Assembly: GCA_963849325.1 (NCBI GenBank)
Contig: CAWKHF010000012.1
Span: 928,001-992,000 of the forward strand
DNA length: 64,000 nucleotides
From: an uncultured Planctomycetota bacterium
Lineage (GTDB): Bacteria; Planctomycetota; Planctomycetia; Gemmatales; Gemmataceae
Direction: 5' to 3'
Shown here: positions 1 to 10,274 of the stretch, piece after piece
Layout: the number at the start of each line of letters is the position of its first letter
How positions within the stretch are numbered: position 1 is the first letter of the stretch
Notes under the pieces: model-generated
The model's database searches: none
Seen by the model: the letters and a program-made list of their open reading frames with translations, nothing else
What the model was told of the DNA's origin: nothing
Position numbers and translations under genes: made by a program

Positions 1-559
1 TTACGCCACTACGATCGCGGCCAGGACGTGGATCTGATCGACCTGGCGCGAGACGCAGTGGCCGAACTTTGAAGCCGGAGCGACGCTGGACGCGCTGGAG
101 CGCGCTCTGCAAAAGCGCGGGGTCTACACTTGTGCGTTGCGGATCGATCCGCGCGACCGCCTGCGCTGGCCCTATCCGGTCCTCATGCATCTCAAGGGTC
201 CGTCCGCGCTGGGGCATTACGTTGTCTGGCTGCCCTCGTCGGCAGAGGAAAGGGCGGAGGTCTGGGCAGGCCTGTCCGGGATTCAAGCGGGCGACGCCGA
301 CCATTTGGCGGGGCGGCGTTCGGGGGTGATCTTGCTGACCTCCTCGGAGCCGATTGCCCATCCGGAAGCAGCCGTGTACCGGCCTATGCGCGTGTGGCCC
401 TGGCTATTGGCCGCCGTCAGCTTTGCCCTCACGCTGGCGCTCTTCAAGCCAGGCGTTTATCGGCCGCTGCGGCAGTTGGCTCGAAGCATGATCGGGAAGG
501 ACGGAAAAAGCTGCGCTGACTCTGAGACTGTCAGCAACGCGCCGGTTCGAGTTTCCTAA
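1..559 (+). CDS. Peptidase C39-like domain protein with C-terminal TM helix (5' end outside window; apparent frameshift near 50)
   Basis: Joined frames read LRHYDRGQDVDLIDLAR/ETQWPNFEAGATLDALERALQKRG...WPYPVLMHLK...GHYVVW, which resembles the C39 'GxSL..L..a' and 'P.I.H....HYVV' motifs. Hydrophobic WPWLLAAVSFALTLALF near the C-terminus. The catalytic Cys would lie upstream of the window. Confidence 0.6.
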
Positions 560-579
560 CCATGAAAGGTGAGTGTCCG

Positions 580-1167
580 ATGAAGAGCCGAGTGCTGGTT
601 GCGTTCGTGGCGGCGATCAACGTGATCGCCCTGGCCCTGTTGCTCGATTCATTCGCCGGGAGGACGCCTTTGCCTCTCGTTGCGGCGGAAAAAAAGGTTG
701 TTCGGGGAGGGCAATGCTATGAGACCGTTACCAAAGCCTGTAAAAAGGTAAACACCCGCTGCGACAAGCAGGAGTGCAGTGAAACGAAGATTGTAGACCA
801 GACGTTTCACAGCTGCCCGGCCGGTTCAAACCAGGACAAAACCATCCCCGATAAGACGTTCCCAGGTTGCAAAAAGGTCAAGAAGGGGTCGGCAGACTGT
901 TATATAAACACCTATCCATGCATCAATCGCGGCCCTTGCGTAACGGTAGGTCTGAAACAATGCAAGAAGGTTGAGGTCAGGGATCCAAAGAATCCCAAGA
1001 AGCTTGAGACTAAATATTACTGCCAGTACCAGGGCCCAACAGAGGAGCTAAGCAACTTTGGCTTTTATGCCGGGGGCGATGCATGTGATGTCAGCCAGCT
1101 TGACCTTCCGGTCGATACGGCGGTCGCGCTTGCCAACGGGCTGGAATTCAAGGTTTTCCACTACTGA
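580..1167 (+). CDS. Secreted Cys/Lys-rich protein with double-glycine motif (alternative start 562)
   Basis: N-terminal hydrophobic signal, then LVAAEKKVVRGG, then a region with 12 Cys; lower GC than the neighbouring core genes. Confidence 0.75.
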   Translation: MKSRVLVAFVAAINVIALALLLDSFAGRTPLPLVAAEKKVVRGGQCYETVTKACKKVNTRCDKQECSETKIVDQTFHSCPAGSNQDKTIPDKTFPGCKKVKKGSADCYINTYPCINRGPCVTVGLKQCKKVEVRDPKNPKKLETKYYCQYQGPTEELSNFGFYAGGDACDVSQLDLPVDTAVALANGLEFKVFHY

Positions 1168-1287
1168 GAAAGTGTTCTTGGCGAGCGAAGTTGCGTTAGC
1201 GCCTCGATTGTTTCTCTCAAGGCGCTGACGCAACCCAACTCGCCGGAGTTTTTCTCCATACGGGACACCGCAACAGAGGCCGCAATC

Positions 1288-2439
1288 ATGAAGAATTTTC
1301 GCCTTACCTTTCTCTTCCTCTGTGCACTGCTCATGGCGATACCTTTCGCATCTGGCGGCAACGCGCCACCCAGCCCAGGAAAAGAGATATTCCCTTTTGT
1401 CTGGGCGGGACTCAAAGATAATCGCGAACGCTTGCGTCGAGGCGCCTTCCGCGTCAAGGGACGCAAGATCGATGATGATCCCAGGGGACGACGCCTCGAT
1501 AGCGACATGACCATTTTTTGCGCCTTCGATTATGATAAGGATCTGTTCCGCTTCGATCGTGCGGAACCCGAATTCTTCACGAAAGAGCCCCTCGTCGATC
1601 GCGGCCAAGGACCGAAAGCCCTTGAGGAGCAGGGCCGGAAAATGAGGAGCGACCCAAAGGATTGGGTCGAAAGGAATGTCGGCGGCAAGTGGGCGAAATC
1701 GGAAACCCAATGCATCAGCTGGAGCATACAGGGCAACTCGGTCAGCATCTTAAGACCACATGAGGAGCCGGACTCCTCCTTAAGGATCTTCGACGTTCGC
1801 ACGCTAGGATTGTTAATTTGGGGCAACTTGGTGGACAGGGGCACTTCCTGGAAGGACACCTGTGAACTGTATCCGGAACTTCCTTTGGAAGCCGTTCAGG
1901 AACGCAAGGGTCTGTACCGTTTTCGCTGGGTTGAGAATGCCTCAATTCCTCTCCGCAAAACCCTGTGGGTAGACGAGGCACAGGGATTTTCGCCTGTCCG
2001 GCTGCACACGCAGGAGGGCCAAACCAGCAAGGATGGCATCAAGTGGTCCGAGCCGGATATAACGAGCGAAGTCGAATCCGTTTGCATTGGTGGAGTATGG
2101 GTGCCACATACCTTCCGCATCGAGACTCGTGAGTCTGCACCGTGGTTCCGGAGTTACCAGTGGACTTTCGCGTGGGAATCCGTCAATGAACCAGTCGCCG
2201 AGTCGCTCTTCACCGTCGAGGGCATGGACTTACCCAAAGGCACACCGGTGATCGATTATCGTCTCGGCGAGCCGATCCTCAAGGGCCGCATCGGCGAGGA
2301 GCCTTCATCGACGGCCGGCCAAACACCTCTGCCCGGTTTCCTGCGTCGCTATGGGCTCTGGCTTGTGGTGCTCGGCGGCGTGGCGGTCGCCTGCATCCTG
2401 GTCTACTGGCGCGTTCGTTCCCCCAAGCCAACCTCCTAA
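1288..2439 (+). CDS. Exported hypothetical protein (LolA/sorting-like beta fold suspected) with C-terminal membrane anchor
   Basis: Signal peptide; ...LWVDEAQGFSPVR...GVWVP...SVNEPVAESLFTVEGMDLPKGTPVID motifs typical of planctomycete exported proteins; C-terminal TM followed by basic residues. Confidence 0.7.
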   Translation: MKNFRLTFLFLCALLMAIPFASGGNAPPSPGKEIFPFVWAGLKDNRERLRRGAFRVKGRKIDDDPRGRRLDSDMTIFCAFDYDKDLFRFDRAEPEFFTKEPLVDRGQGPKALEEQGRKMRSDPKDWVERNVGGKWAKSETQCISWSIQGNSVSILRPHEEPDSSLRIFDVRTLGLLIWGNLVDRGTSWKDTCELYPELPLEAVQERKGLYRFRWVENASIPLRKTLWVDEAQGFSPVRLHTQEGQTSKDGIKWSEPDITSEVESVCIGGVWVPHTFRIETRESAPWFRSYQWTFAWESVNEPVAESLFTVEGMDLPKGTPVIDYRLGEPILKGRIGEEPSSTAGQTPLPGFLRRYGLWLVVLGGVAVACILVYWRVRSPKPTS

Positions 2440-2473
2440 CGGGAGCCGCCGTAAGCGGCAGGCTCTTTCTATC

Positions 2474-3505
2474 ATGCTTATCCTCTTTCCGCGTACTGTC
2501 TGTCCGCATACCGGGGAGCCGAGTGACAAGGTCCGTCCACGCCATGCGTCGAGAAGCCAGCCAGGGTTTACTCTCGTGGAACTGCTGGTCGTTCTCGCCA
2601 TCATCGGGGCGCTCCTCGGCCTCTTGCTCCCCGCTGTCATGCGTGTCCGCGAAGCGGCGAGTCGGGCACGCTGCGCCAACAATATGAAGCAGCTCGCTCT
2701 GGCCGTCCATCTATATCATGACGACTTCCAGCGCTTGCCGCCCGGCGCGATCGGCCCCTATCAGCAGCCCGTCCCCGGCCAACTCTACTACGGTTGGGGA
2801 TCCTCCTCCTACGGATGGAGCTGGTTGTCCCGAATCCTTCCCTATGTTGAGCAAGCTCCCTTGTTTCAATTGGGAGGTATCCCGTCTACGACACTGGCCC
2901 AGAGCAACATTGCGGCCAGCCGCATCGTCCCCTTCCTCTGCCCCAGCGATACGGCCTACAACGCGCCTCCTCGTACCGATACGGGCAACCTGGAGGGCTT
3001 TCCGGTCGGCAACACCAACTACAAGGGGGTCAGCGGCTCCAACTGGGGCTACGACTCGTCCCAGAACGCCTGGTTCCCTACGCTGTGGCAGCACCAGGGT
3101 ACGAACGGCTCCTACGACGGACTGAGCCAGGGAGACGGAGCCATGTTCCGCATCGACATCTTCGTCCCCCGTGGACTGCTGGCCATCACCGACGGATCCT
3201 CCAATACCTTCTTGATCGGCGAGGACATTCCAGTCCTGAACAACTGGTGCTCCTGGCCTTACGCCACCCACGCTTACGGCACCTGCGCTATCCCTCCCAA
3301 TGCCGTGCAACCCAACGGTCAGCCCTTCGACCCCAACGAGTGGTACAACAATCACTCCTTCCGCAGTAGGCATCCTGGCGGCCTCCAGTTCGCTTTCGCC
3401 GACGGTTCGGTGCATTTCGTGTCCACCGCGATCAACCTCGATCTCTACCGCGCTCTGGCGACGATTCAGGGTGGAGAGGTCGTGGATGTGTCGCGGCTCG
3501 ATTGA
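2474..3505 (+). CDS. DUF1559 prepilin-type N-terminal cleavage/methylation protein
   Basis: GFTLVELLVVLAIIGALLGLLLPAV, REAASRARCANNMKQLALA, FLCPSD, ITDGSSNT and the H-X9-DG motif (HPGGLQFAFADGSV). Confidence 0.93.
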   Translation: MLILFPRTVCPHTGEPSDKVRPRHASRSQPGFTLVELLVVLAIIGALLGLLLPAVMRVREAASRARCANNMKQLALAVHLYHDDFQRLPPGAIGPYQQPVPGQLYYGWGSSSYGWSWLSRILPYVEQAPLFQLGGIPSTTLAQSNIAASRIVPFLCPSDTAYNAPPRTDTGNLEGFPVGNTNYKGVSGSNWGYDSSQNAWFPTLWQHQGTNGSYDGLSQGDGAMFRIDIFVPRGLLAITDGSSNTFLIGEDIPVLNNWCSWPYATHAYGTCAIPPNAVQPNGQPFDPNEWYNNHSFRSRHPGGLQFAFADGSVHFVSTAINLDLYRALATIQGGEVVDVSRLD

Positions 3506-3560
3506 CTGCTCTCCGCAACTTCCGCGTAATTTCGAGAAGGGATGTCGGAAGCGATTCGAT

Positions 3561-6143
3561 TCACGAACGCAGATCGCGCTTCCAGCGGCGCACGGCCGCC
3601 ACGACTTGCTCCGGCGTCGCCTGGCTCAAATCGAACTCGCGCAGTGCTTGCAGGACCGGATCTTCCATGTGGGCGAACAGGCTGCGCTGCACGACGCGCG
3701 GCTGACGGATGCGGCCGGGTCGATCCGGCGCGTGGACGTGATGCGCCTCCAGTTCGGCGAGCACTTCGCGGGCGCGGACCAGCACTTCCTCCGGCACGCC
3801 GGCGCTGGGCCACGTGAATGCCGTAGCTCTTGTCGGCGCTGCCCGCGGCGATCTGGTGCAAAAACACAATGCCGTCGGCCCCCTCATGGACGCGCACGTT
3901 GTAGTTGCGCAGTCCCGGCAGACGCTCGGCCAGCTGCGCCAGTTCGTGGTAGTGGGTGGCGAACAGGGTGCGGCAGCCAATGCGATCGTGCAGGTATTCG
4001 GTGAGGCCCCAGGCCAGCGAGACGCCGTCGTAGGTGCTGGTGCCGCGGCCGATCTCGTCGAGGATGACCAGGCTGCGCGGCGTGGCGTTGTTGAGGATGT
4101 TCGCCGCCTCCGTCATCTCCACCATGAACGTGCTCTGGGCGCGGCTCAATTCGTCGCTGGCGCCGACGCGCGTGAAGATGCGATCGACCAGTCCGATCGT
4201 CGCTCGTCGCGCCGGTACGAAACTGCCCAGCTGGGCCAGGAGCGCCAGCAAGGCCGTCTGCCGTAGATACACCGACTTCCCGCCCATGTTCGGTCCGGTA
4301 ACGAGCAAAAAGAAGCCGTCGTCCGGCCCCATGGTTACGCCGTTGGGCACGAACGTGCCCGCCGGCAGCGTTTGATCGAGGACGGGATGCCGGCCGTCCT
4401 CGATGCGCAAGATCGGTTCGTCGCTCAGTTCGGGCCGGCAGTAGTTGCGTTCGGCCGCCAGCTCCGCCAGGGAGGCCAGCACGTCGAGCGTGGCCAGCAC
4501 TTCCGCCGTCTGCATCAGCCGATTCGTCTGCGCCGCCACGCGCTCACGCAGCTGCGCGAACAGCTCGTATTCGCGTTCCTGCAGCCGTCCCTCGGCTTGC
4601 ATGACCTTCTCGGCCATGTCGGACAGATCGCCGGTGATGTAGCGATCGGCATTCTTGAGCGAACGGTGCAACCGATAGTAGGCCGGCACCTTGCTCTTGT
4701 GGGTGTGCGTCACCTCGATGTAATAGCCGTAGCCCTCGGTGAAGCCGACCTTGAGGCTGGTGATGCCGGTATCGCGGGCTTCCTTGGCCGCATAGTCGGC
4801 CATCCACTGCTTGCCGCCGGTTTTCAAATCGAACTGGCGGTCGAGTTCCTCGTCGTAGCCACGGCGGATGATGCCGCCCTCGCGCGGACTGATGGGCGGG
4901 TCGTCCACCAGGGCGGACTCCAGCGCCTCGCGCAGCTCGGGGCACACTTCCAGCCGCCCTTCCAGGTCGCGCAACAGGACCGACTCGCGGTCCTTCACCT
5001 GCGCCTTGATGCGCGGCAGGAGGGCGAGTGTCCGGTTGACCGCGGCCAGGTCGCGCGGCGAGGCCCGTCCCGTACACACCCGCGTCGTCAGCCGCTGCAA
5101 ATCGAGTACGTCCGCCAGGCTCTCGCGCAGCTCTCGGCGCGGCCCGTGTTCGCCCAGTAACTCCTCGACGGCGTCCAACCGGGCGCGGATGGCCGGACGC
5201 TCGGCCAGCGGGGCCAGCACCCAGTCCTGCAACAGACGCGCCCCCATCGGCGTCATGGTGCGGTCGAGCACGGCCAGAAGCGAGCCGGTGCGGGCATTGT
5301 CGCGCAGGGTCCGCGTCAATTCCAGACTGCGGCGCGTCACCTCGTCCAGATACAGGAAGCGCTGCTCGGAGTACGGCCGTAGGCGGCTCAGGTGGGCGAG
5401 GCTGGCCTTGAACGTTTCCTGAAGATACAGCAGCAACGCCCCGGCGGCGTTCAGGGCCGGCTGGTTGTCGTCGAAGCCAAAGCCGGCCAGGGTGCTGACC
5501 TCGAAGTGGCGGAACAGGGCGCCGCGCGCCGTCGGAGAATCGAAGGTCCAGTCCGGCCGGGGCGTGAGGATCAGCCGCGGCATCGCCTCGCGGACACGAT
5601 CCAGCAGTCGCTCCGTCTCGGCGGTGAGGGACTCGGCGCACAGGCACTCCGATGGGGCCAGGCGCAGCACCTCGTCGGCCAGGCGTTCGCGCGGCACGTC
5701 GGCCGCCTGGAACAATCCGGTGGACAACTCGACCCAGGCCAGGCCGGCCGGCGTTCGTCCGCCCGGCGGCGTCAGCGCGATCAGGTGATTGGCCCGTCGC
5801 GGATCGAGCAGGTCGTCCTCGGTGAGCGTGCCGGGCGTGACGACGCGGATGACCTCGCGGCGAACCGGCCGGCCTTTCACCTGCCGCGGGTCTTCCATCT
5901 GCTCGCAGATGGCGACGCGGTGGCCGGCTTGCAGCAGTTTACCCAAATAGCGATCGAGGGCGTGATATGGCACGCCCGCCATGGGGATTTCCTTGTCGCG
6001 GCGGGTCAGGGTGATGCCGAGCAGTCGAGAGCCGACCTCGGCGTCCTCCTCGAATAGCTCGTAAAAGTCGCCATTGCGGAACAGCACGATCGTACCGGGG
6101 TGGCGTCCTTGGCCTCCCGGTACTGCTGCATCATCGGAGTCAT
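3561..6143 (-). CDS. mutS: DNA mismatch repair protein MutS (frameshifts near 6105 and 3805, probably sequencing errors)
   Basis: MTPMMQQY start, FRNGDFYELF, Walker A TGPNMGGKS, STFMVEM, ILDEIGRGTST, FATHYHEL, SYGIHVA. Confidence 0.95.
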
Positions 6144-6150
6144 GAGTAAA

Positions 6151-6284
6151 TAGGGAATAGGGAATAGGGAATAGGGAATAGGGAATAGGGAATAGGGAAA
6201 AAGGAAGAAGGTGGAGAAGGTTCGGGGTGTCAAGGCAGGCATTGCCGGCTTTTCTTCTCCCTAATCCCTATTCCCTATTCCCTA
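6151..6284. repeat. Inverted pair of heptamer tandem repeats: (TAGGGAA)7 ... (TTCCCTA)~4
   Basis: 7 exact TAGGGAA copies at 6151-6199; complementary copies at 6257-6284 (2 exact, 2 with one mismatch). Confidence 0.95.
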
Positions 6285-6752
6285 TTTTTTGCCGTTACCG
6301 CCGCGGAAGACCTTGCGCAGAGTGACGCCGTTGCCGCGGTCGTTGTAGGCGACCTCGGTCATGTAGTGGCGCATGAGCATGAGGCCGCGGCCACAAGGGC
6401 GTTCGAGGTTCTCGAAAGCGGTGGGATCGGGCACGTCGCCGGGGTCGAAACCAGCGCCGTCGTCGCTGATCTGGATGTCCAAACGGTCGGCATGGAGTTG
6501 ATAGCTAATGCGCACTTTCTTGGTGCGGTCCATCTGGTTGCCGTGCTTGATGGCGTTGACCAGGGCTTCCTCGAGGGCCAGTTTGATGCTGAAGATGTCG
6601 TGCTCGTTGACGCGACGGGCCAGAAGGAGCTGTTCGACCTCATCCTGGACGCGCCGGGCCTCGGCCGGATCGCTCGGGATGGAGACGTCCGCGGCAACTT
6701 GCTGGCTGACGTCGCGCTGCGGTTTCATTTTGTCCGCGATGGTTAATGGCAC
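6282..6752 (-). CDS. Anti-sigma factor / Ser-Thr kinase (RsbW-like HATPase_c)
   Basis: LALEEALVNAIKHGN, ISDDGAGFD and GRGLMLM (N, G1 and G2 boxes). Confidence 0.9.
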   Translation of the reverse strand: MPLTIADKMKPQRDVSQQVAADVSIPSDPAEARRVQDEVEQLLLARRVNEHDIFSIKLALEEALVNAIKHGNQMDRTKKVRISYQLHADRLDIQISDDGAGFDPGDVPDPTAFENLERPCGRGLMLMRHYMTEVAYNDRGNGVTLRKVFRGGNGKK

Positions 6753-6944
6753 AGATGGACCTCCCTGACGATCGGTTGCTCCATTACAACCGCGTAGACA
6801 AGCCCGGAAGAGGAGGGCCGGGCCCGGTTCGTCAACGCTTCGCCTCCTCTTCCGCCGTCTCAGTTCCAGGTGTCCGAGCCTGGTGAGCGATCGAGTGATC
6901 GATCTCCTTCGGTCACGGCCGAAACGCCGGGCATAGCCTCGGCG

Positions 6945-7307
6945 TCAGAATGCCTGCAGCGCGGCCTGCTCCTCCTTGACGATGTGGAAGAACTTGTCTA
7001 GCTTGGTGATCTCGAAGACTTCGTAGATTTGGGGATCGATGTTGCACAGAATCAATCGGCCGCCCGCCGTTTGCAGCTTCTTGTTGAGCGTGATGAGTTT
7101 GCCCAGCGCGGCGCTGGACAGGTATTCCACATTGCCGAAGTTCAACAGCAACTTTCGCAAGCCCTCGGTGTCCACCAGACTGAACAGCTGGTCGCCGATA
7201 ACCTGTATGTTCTGTTCGTCGAGGATCTTGCGATCCACGAAGTTGACCACGGTGACATCGCCGATGTGCTCCACCTCAAGACGGCGGCGGCGCGGTTGCG
7301 ACGACAT
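6945..7307 (-). CDS. Anti-sigma factor antagonist (STAS domain, RsbV/SpoIIAA-like)
   Basis: LLLNFGNVEYLSSAALGKLI STAS phosphoacceptor motif; adjacent to the RsbW-like gene; AAGGAG RBS upstream. Confidence 0.9.
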   Translation of the reverse strand: MSSQPRRRRLEVEHIGDVTVVNFVDRKILDEQNIQVIGDQLFSLVDTEGLRKLLLNFGNVEYLSSAALGKLITLNKKLQTAGGRLILCNIDPQIYEVFEITKLDKFFHIVKEEQAALQAF

Positions 7308-7404
7308 GGAAGACTCCTTGGAAGGAGCATTGTCCTGCCCGATGCCCCAACTCCGAAACAACCAAACCCAACAGGCGTAGGCGATTAGAGGAGCAGTTCC
7401 CTTG

Positions 7405-7432
7405 ATGTTAAAGTGCGGCTTTGCATTGTCAA
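7405..7432 (-). promoter_or_regulatory. Putative sigma70 promoter of the STAS/anti-sigma/mutS genes
   Basis: Minus strand TTGACA-16 nt-TAACAT, about 100 bp upstream of the STAS start. Confidence 0.5.
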
Positions 7433-7458
7433 GCGTTTTCCTGTCCGAATGTCCAATT

Positions 7459-9001
7459 CGTGTGAGCAGCTGAAGAGTTGGTAGAACTTTTGTCCAGGAC
7501 GTGCGAAAATCGCGGTATGATGGCAACTTCACTCTGGCGAAGGAGTATCCCATGTCGCTGCACGAGCCTTTGAACGCGGAATTGGAAGCCCAAGCCCAGG
7601 AACTGGCGGCACGCATTCACGCTCGTGCCGACAGCGACATCCTGGCCCTGGCGCGCTTGCTGGTCAGCAAGGGCGACACCGAGGTCTTCGGCGATACCGA
7701 GTTTGAAGCCCGCAACATCGTCCATCACCTCGGCGCCGTCGCCCTCCAAGAGCGCTTAAAAAAAAGCTCGGCTACCAAGGATCGGGCATCGATTGCCCCG
7801 GCTGTCAGCAGTCCGCGAAGTTCCAGGGATACCGCCCGAAAACGCCGTTGAGCCTGCTGGGACAGGTTCCCTGCCTGCGGGCCTATTACTACTGCGGCCG
7901 TTGCGGGTATGGGTTGGCCCCCTGGGATAGGGCGGTCGGCTTGACGTCACGCTCGTTCACCCCGGCCACCGAGCGACTGGTCGGCCTCGCCGGCACCTTG
8001 AGCGACGGCTTTGAAGAAGCCGCCACGAAGGTGCTGCCCGAGATGGCGGGTCTGCGGGTCGCCGAAACCACCGTGCAGCGGACGACCGAAGCGGCTGGCC
8101 AGCGCGTGGCCGATCACCTGCGTGCGGGCGGCACCTGGGCCTTTCCCCATCCTTGGGACTGGTACAAGGACGCGCGGGGTCGCACGTGCGCCTAGGTCGG
8201 CATCGATCTGACCGGCGTGCGTCAACAGGCCAAAGACGGCGGCAAGGCCGAGGGACGCATGCCCTATGTGGCGATGATCTTCAACCCGGTCCCGGAACTG
8301 CCCGAGGACTCGCCACACCAACCCCCGACGGACGCCCGCATGCAGGCGCGTTACCTTTCCGGCTTGTACGACCTCGATTCGTTGGGGCTGGAATTGCGCA
8401 AGCAGGCGGGCCAAGTCGGCATGGACAAGGCGGAGGTGTGGATCGGCCTGACGGATGGCGGTAACGGCCTGGAAGAATTTGTGCGCCGCAATTTTCCCCG
8501 CGATGCCGTGCTGATCCTCGACTTCTGGCATGCCAGTGAATACCTCACGGAGTTGGGCCAACTGCTCTACCCCGCCGACGAGGAGACGCGGCAGCGTGTG
8601 GTTGGGGAATGGTGTCGAATGTTGAAACGCGAGGGGGGCGCCCGCGTCCTGGAAATCCTGGAAGCGCTACCCACTTCGCGCAAGCCGGCGGTTGGGGAGA
8701 AGCAGACTGCGACGGTGAACTACTTCCGCAACAACGTGCATCGCATGGATTACCCGACCTATGTAGGCAATGGCTGGTCGATCGGTTCGGGTGCCGTGGA
8801 GTCGGCTTGCAAGACGATCGTCGGCCAGCGTCTCAAGCTGTCGGGCATGCGCTGGCGGGAATACGGCACCGACACCCTCTGTCATTTGCGGGCTCTGTTC
8901 AAGAGCGAGACAGGGCAATGGCAAGCCTTCTGGCGCCGCTCCCCACCGCGAATGGCCGCAGCCTGAACATCGGTTCTACCAACAGAAGAGACGCCTACAC
9001 G
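7459..9001 (+). mobile_element. ISKra4-family-like insertion sequence
   Basis: Imperfect ~29-bp terminal IRs (CGTGTgagcagctgaagaGTTGGTAGAAC versus reverse complement CGTGTaggcgtctcttctGTTGGTAGAAC) enclosing a transposase; no clear target duplication. Confidence 0.75.
7552..8966 (+). pseudogene. ISKra4-like transposase: orfA/orfB joined by a -1 frameshift at A8 (7758-7765), with an in-frame TAG at 8193-8195
   Basis: LKK/KLGYQGSGIDCPGC junction, RAYYYCGRCG, LTDGGNG, ILDFWHASEYL, IGSGAVESACK, RLKLSGMRW. Confidence 0.8.
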
Positions 9002-9026
9002 CAACCCGAAATCTCTTTCCGTGAGG

Positions 9027-10118
9027 ATGACCATGCGAACCTTCTGGACGACGATGCTTTGGGTCTGGCTGACTGTTCCGGCGACGGCCGGCGTCATCGA
9101 CACCGTGGCGGGCACTGGCGCGGCGGGCTACACCGGCGACGGCGGCCGAGCGACCGCCGCCCGGCTCAACCAGCCCTTCCACTGCGCCCTCGGCGGCGAC
9201 GGCCAACTCTATGTCGCCGACGCCTTGAACCACTGCATTCGGCGGATCGCCCTGAAGACCGGCGTCATCACGACGGTGGCCGGCTCGGGCGTCAAGGGTT
9301 ACAGCGGCGACGGCGGCCCGGCGACGAAGGCAACCTTCAACGAGCCTTACGCCGTGGCCGTCAACGAGGCCGGCGACCTGTACGTCGTCGATCGTCTCAA
9401 CGCCGTGGTCCGGTTGGTGAAGGCCGACAGCGGCGTCATCACGACGCTGGCCGGCACCGGCGAGCGGCGCCGCTCCGGCGACGGCGGCGCGGCGGCCAAG
9501 GCGGCCCTGGTCGAGCCGAATGATTGTTGCCTGGACGGCAAGGATGGATTGCTCATCGCCGACGTGGGCGACGGCCGCATCCGCCGCGTCGATCTGCGCA
9601 CCGGCAAGATCACGACGTTTGCCGGCACGGTGCGCCCCAAGGGCAAGGTCGATCGTCGGACCATCGGCGACGGCGGACGCGCCGACCGGGCCGTGCTCGT
9701 TGGGGCGCGGGCGGTGTGTGTGGACGGCGCCGGCAATACGTACATCTGCGAGCGCGAGGGCAACGCCGTGCGCCAGGTCGATGCCAAGGGCATCATCACG
9801 ACCCTGGCCGGCACCGGCGCCCGCGGCGCCGCCGATGGTCCCGCCGACAAGGCGACGTTTCACGGACCCAAGGCCATTCGCTGCGACGCTGCGGGAAATG
9901 TCTACATTGTCGATACGGAAAATCACTCCATCCGCCGCATCGACATCAAGGCGCGGCGCGTGACGACGGTGGTGGGCGGCCGCCAGGGCGGCGCGGGCGA
10001 CGGCGGCGACGCGCGGCAGGCCGAACTCGACCGGCCGCACGGCTGCGTCCTCGATGGCGACGGCGTCCTGTACATCGCCGATACGAACAACCACCGCGTT
10101 CGCCGCGTCAAGCCCTGA
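9027..10118 (+). CDS. Secreted NHL-repeat beta-propeller protein
   Basis: Signal peptide; repeated GDGG.A..A.l..P...YVAD..NH.IRRI...G.ITT.AG units. Confidence 0.9.
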   Translation: MTMRTFWTTMLWVWLTVPATAGVIDTVAGTGAAGYTGDGGRATAARLNQPFHCALGGDGQLYVADALNHCIRRIALKTGVITTVAGSGVKGYSGDGGPATKATFNEPYAVAVNEAGDLYVVDRLNAVVRLVKADSGVITTLAGTGERRRSGDGGAAAKAALVEPNDCCLDGKDGLLIADVGDGRIRRVDLRTGKITTFAGTVRPKGKVDRRTIGDGGRADRAVLVGARAVCVDGAGNTYICEREGNAVRQVDAKGIITTLAGTGARGAADGPADKATFHGPKAIRCDAAGNVYIVDTENHSIRRIDIKARRVTTVVGGRQGGAGDGGDARQAELDRPHGCVLDGDGVLYIADTNNHRVRRVKP

Positions 10119-10274
10119 TCCGCCAGGGCCGAGGGCACGCTCACGGTGGACCTCGCCCCGGACCCGCTGCGCGACACGGCCTCACGACCGTCCTGCGCGG
10201 CCGAGTTGGAGACCTTTGAAGAAAAGCCGGATGGGACGATTGTTCCGCATTTGCGGAGCACAGCCGAGGCGCGG

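Noticed and set aside
6151-6199. Telomere-like or contaminating eukaryotic repeat
   Set aside because: It is embedded between bacterial genes, paired with its complement, and recurs in the same arrangement at 37713.
6006-6242. ORF with FPIPYSL repeats as an N-terminal extension of MutS (similarly 37751-37948)
   Set aside because: It is simply the translation of the heptamer repeat; MutS begins at the canonical MTPMMQQY.
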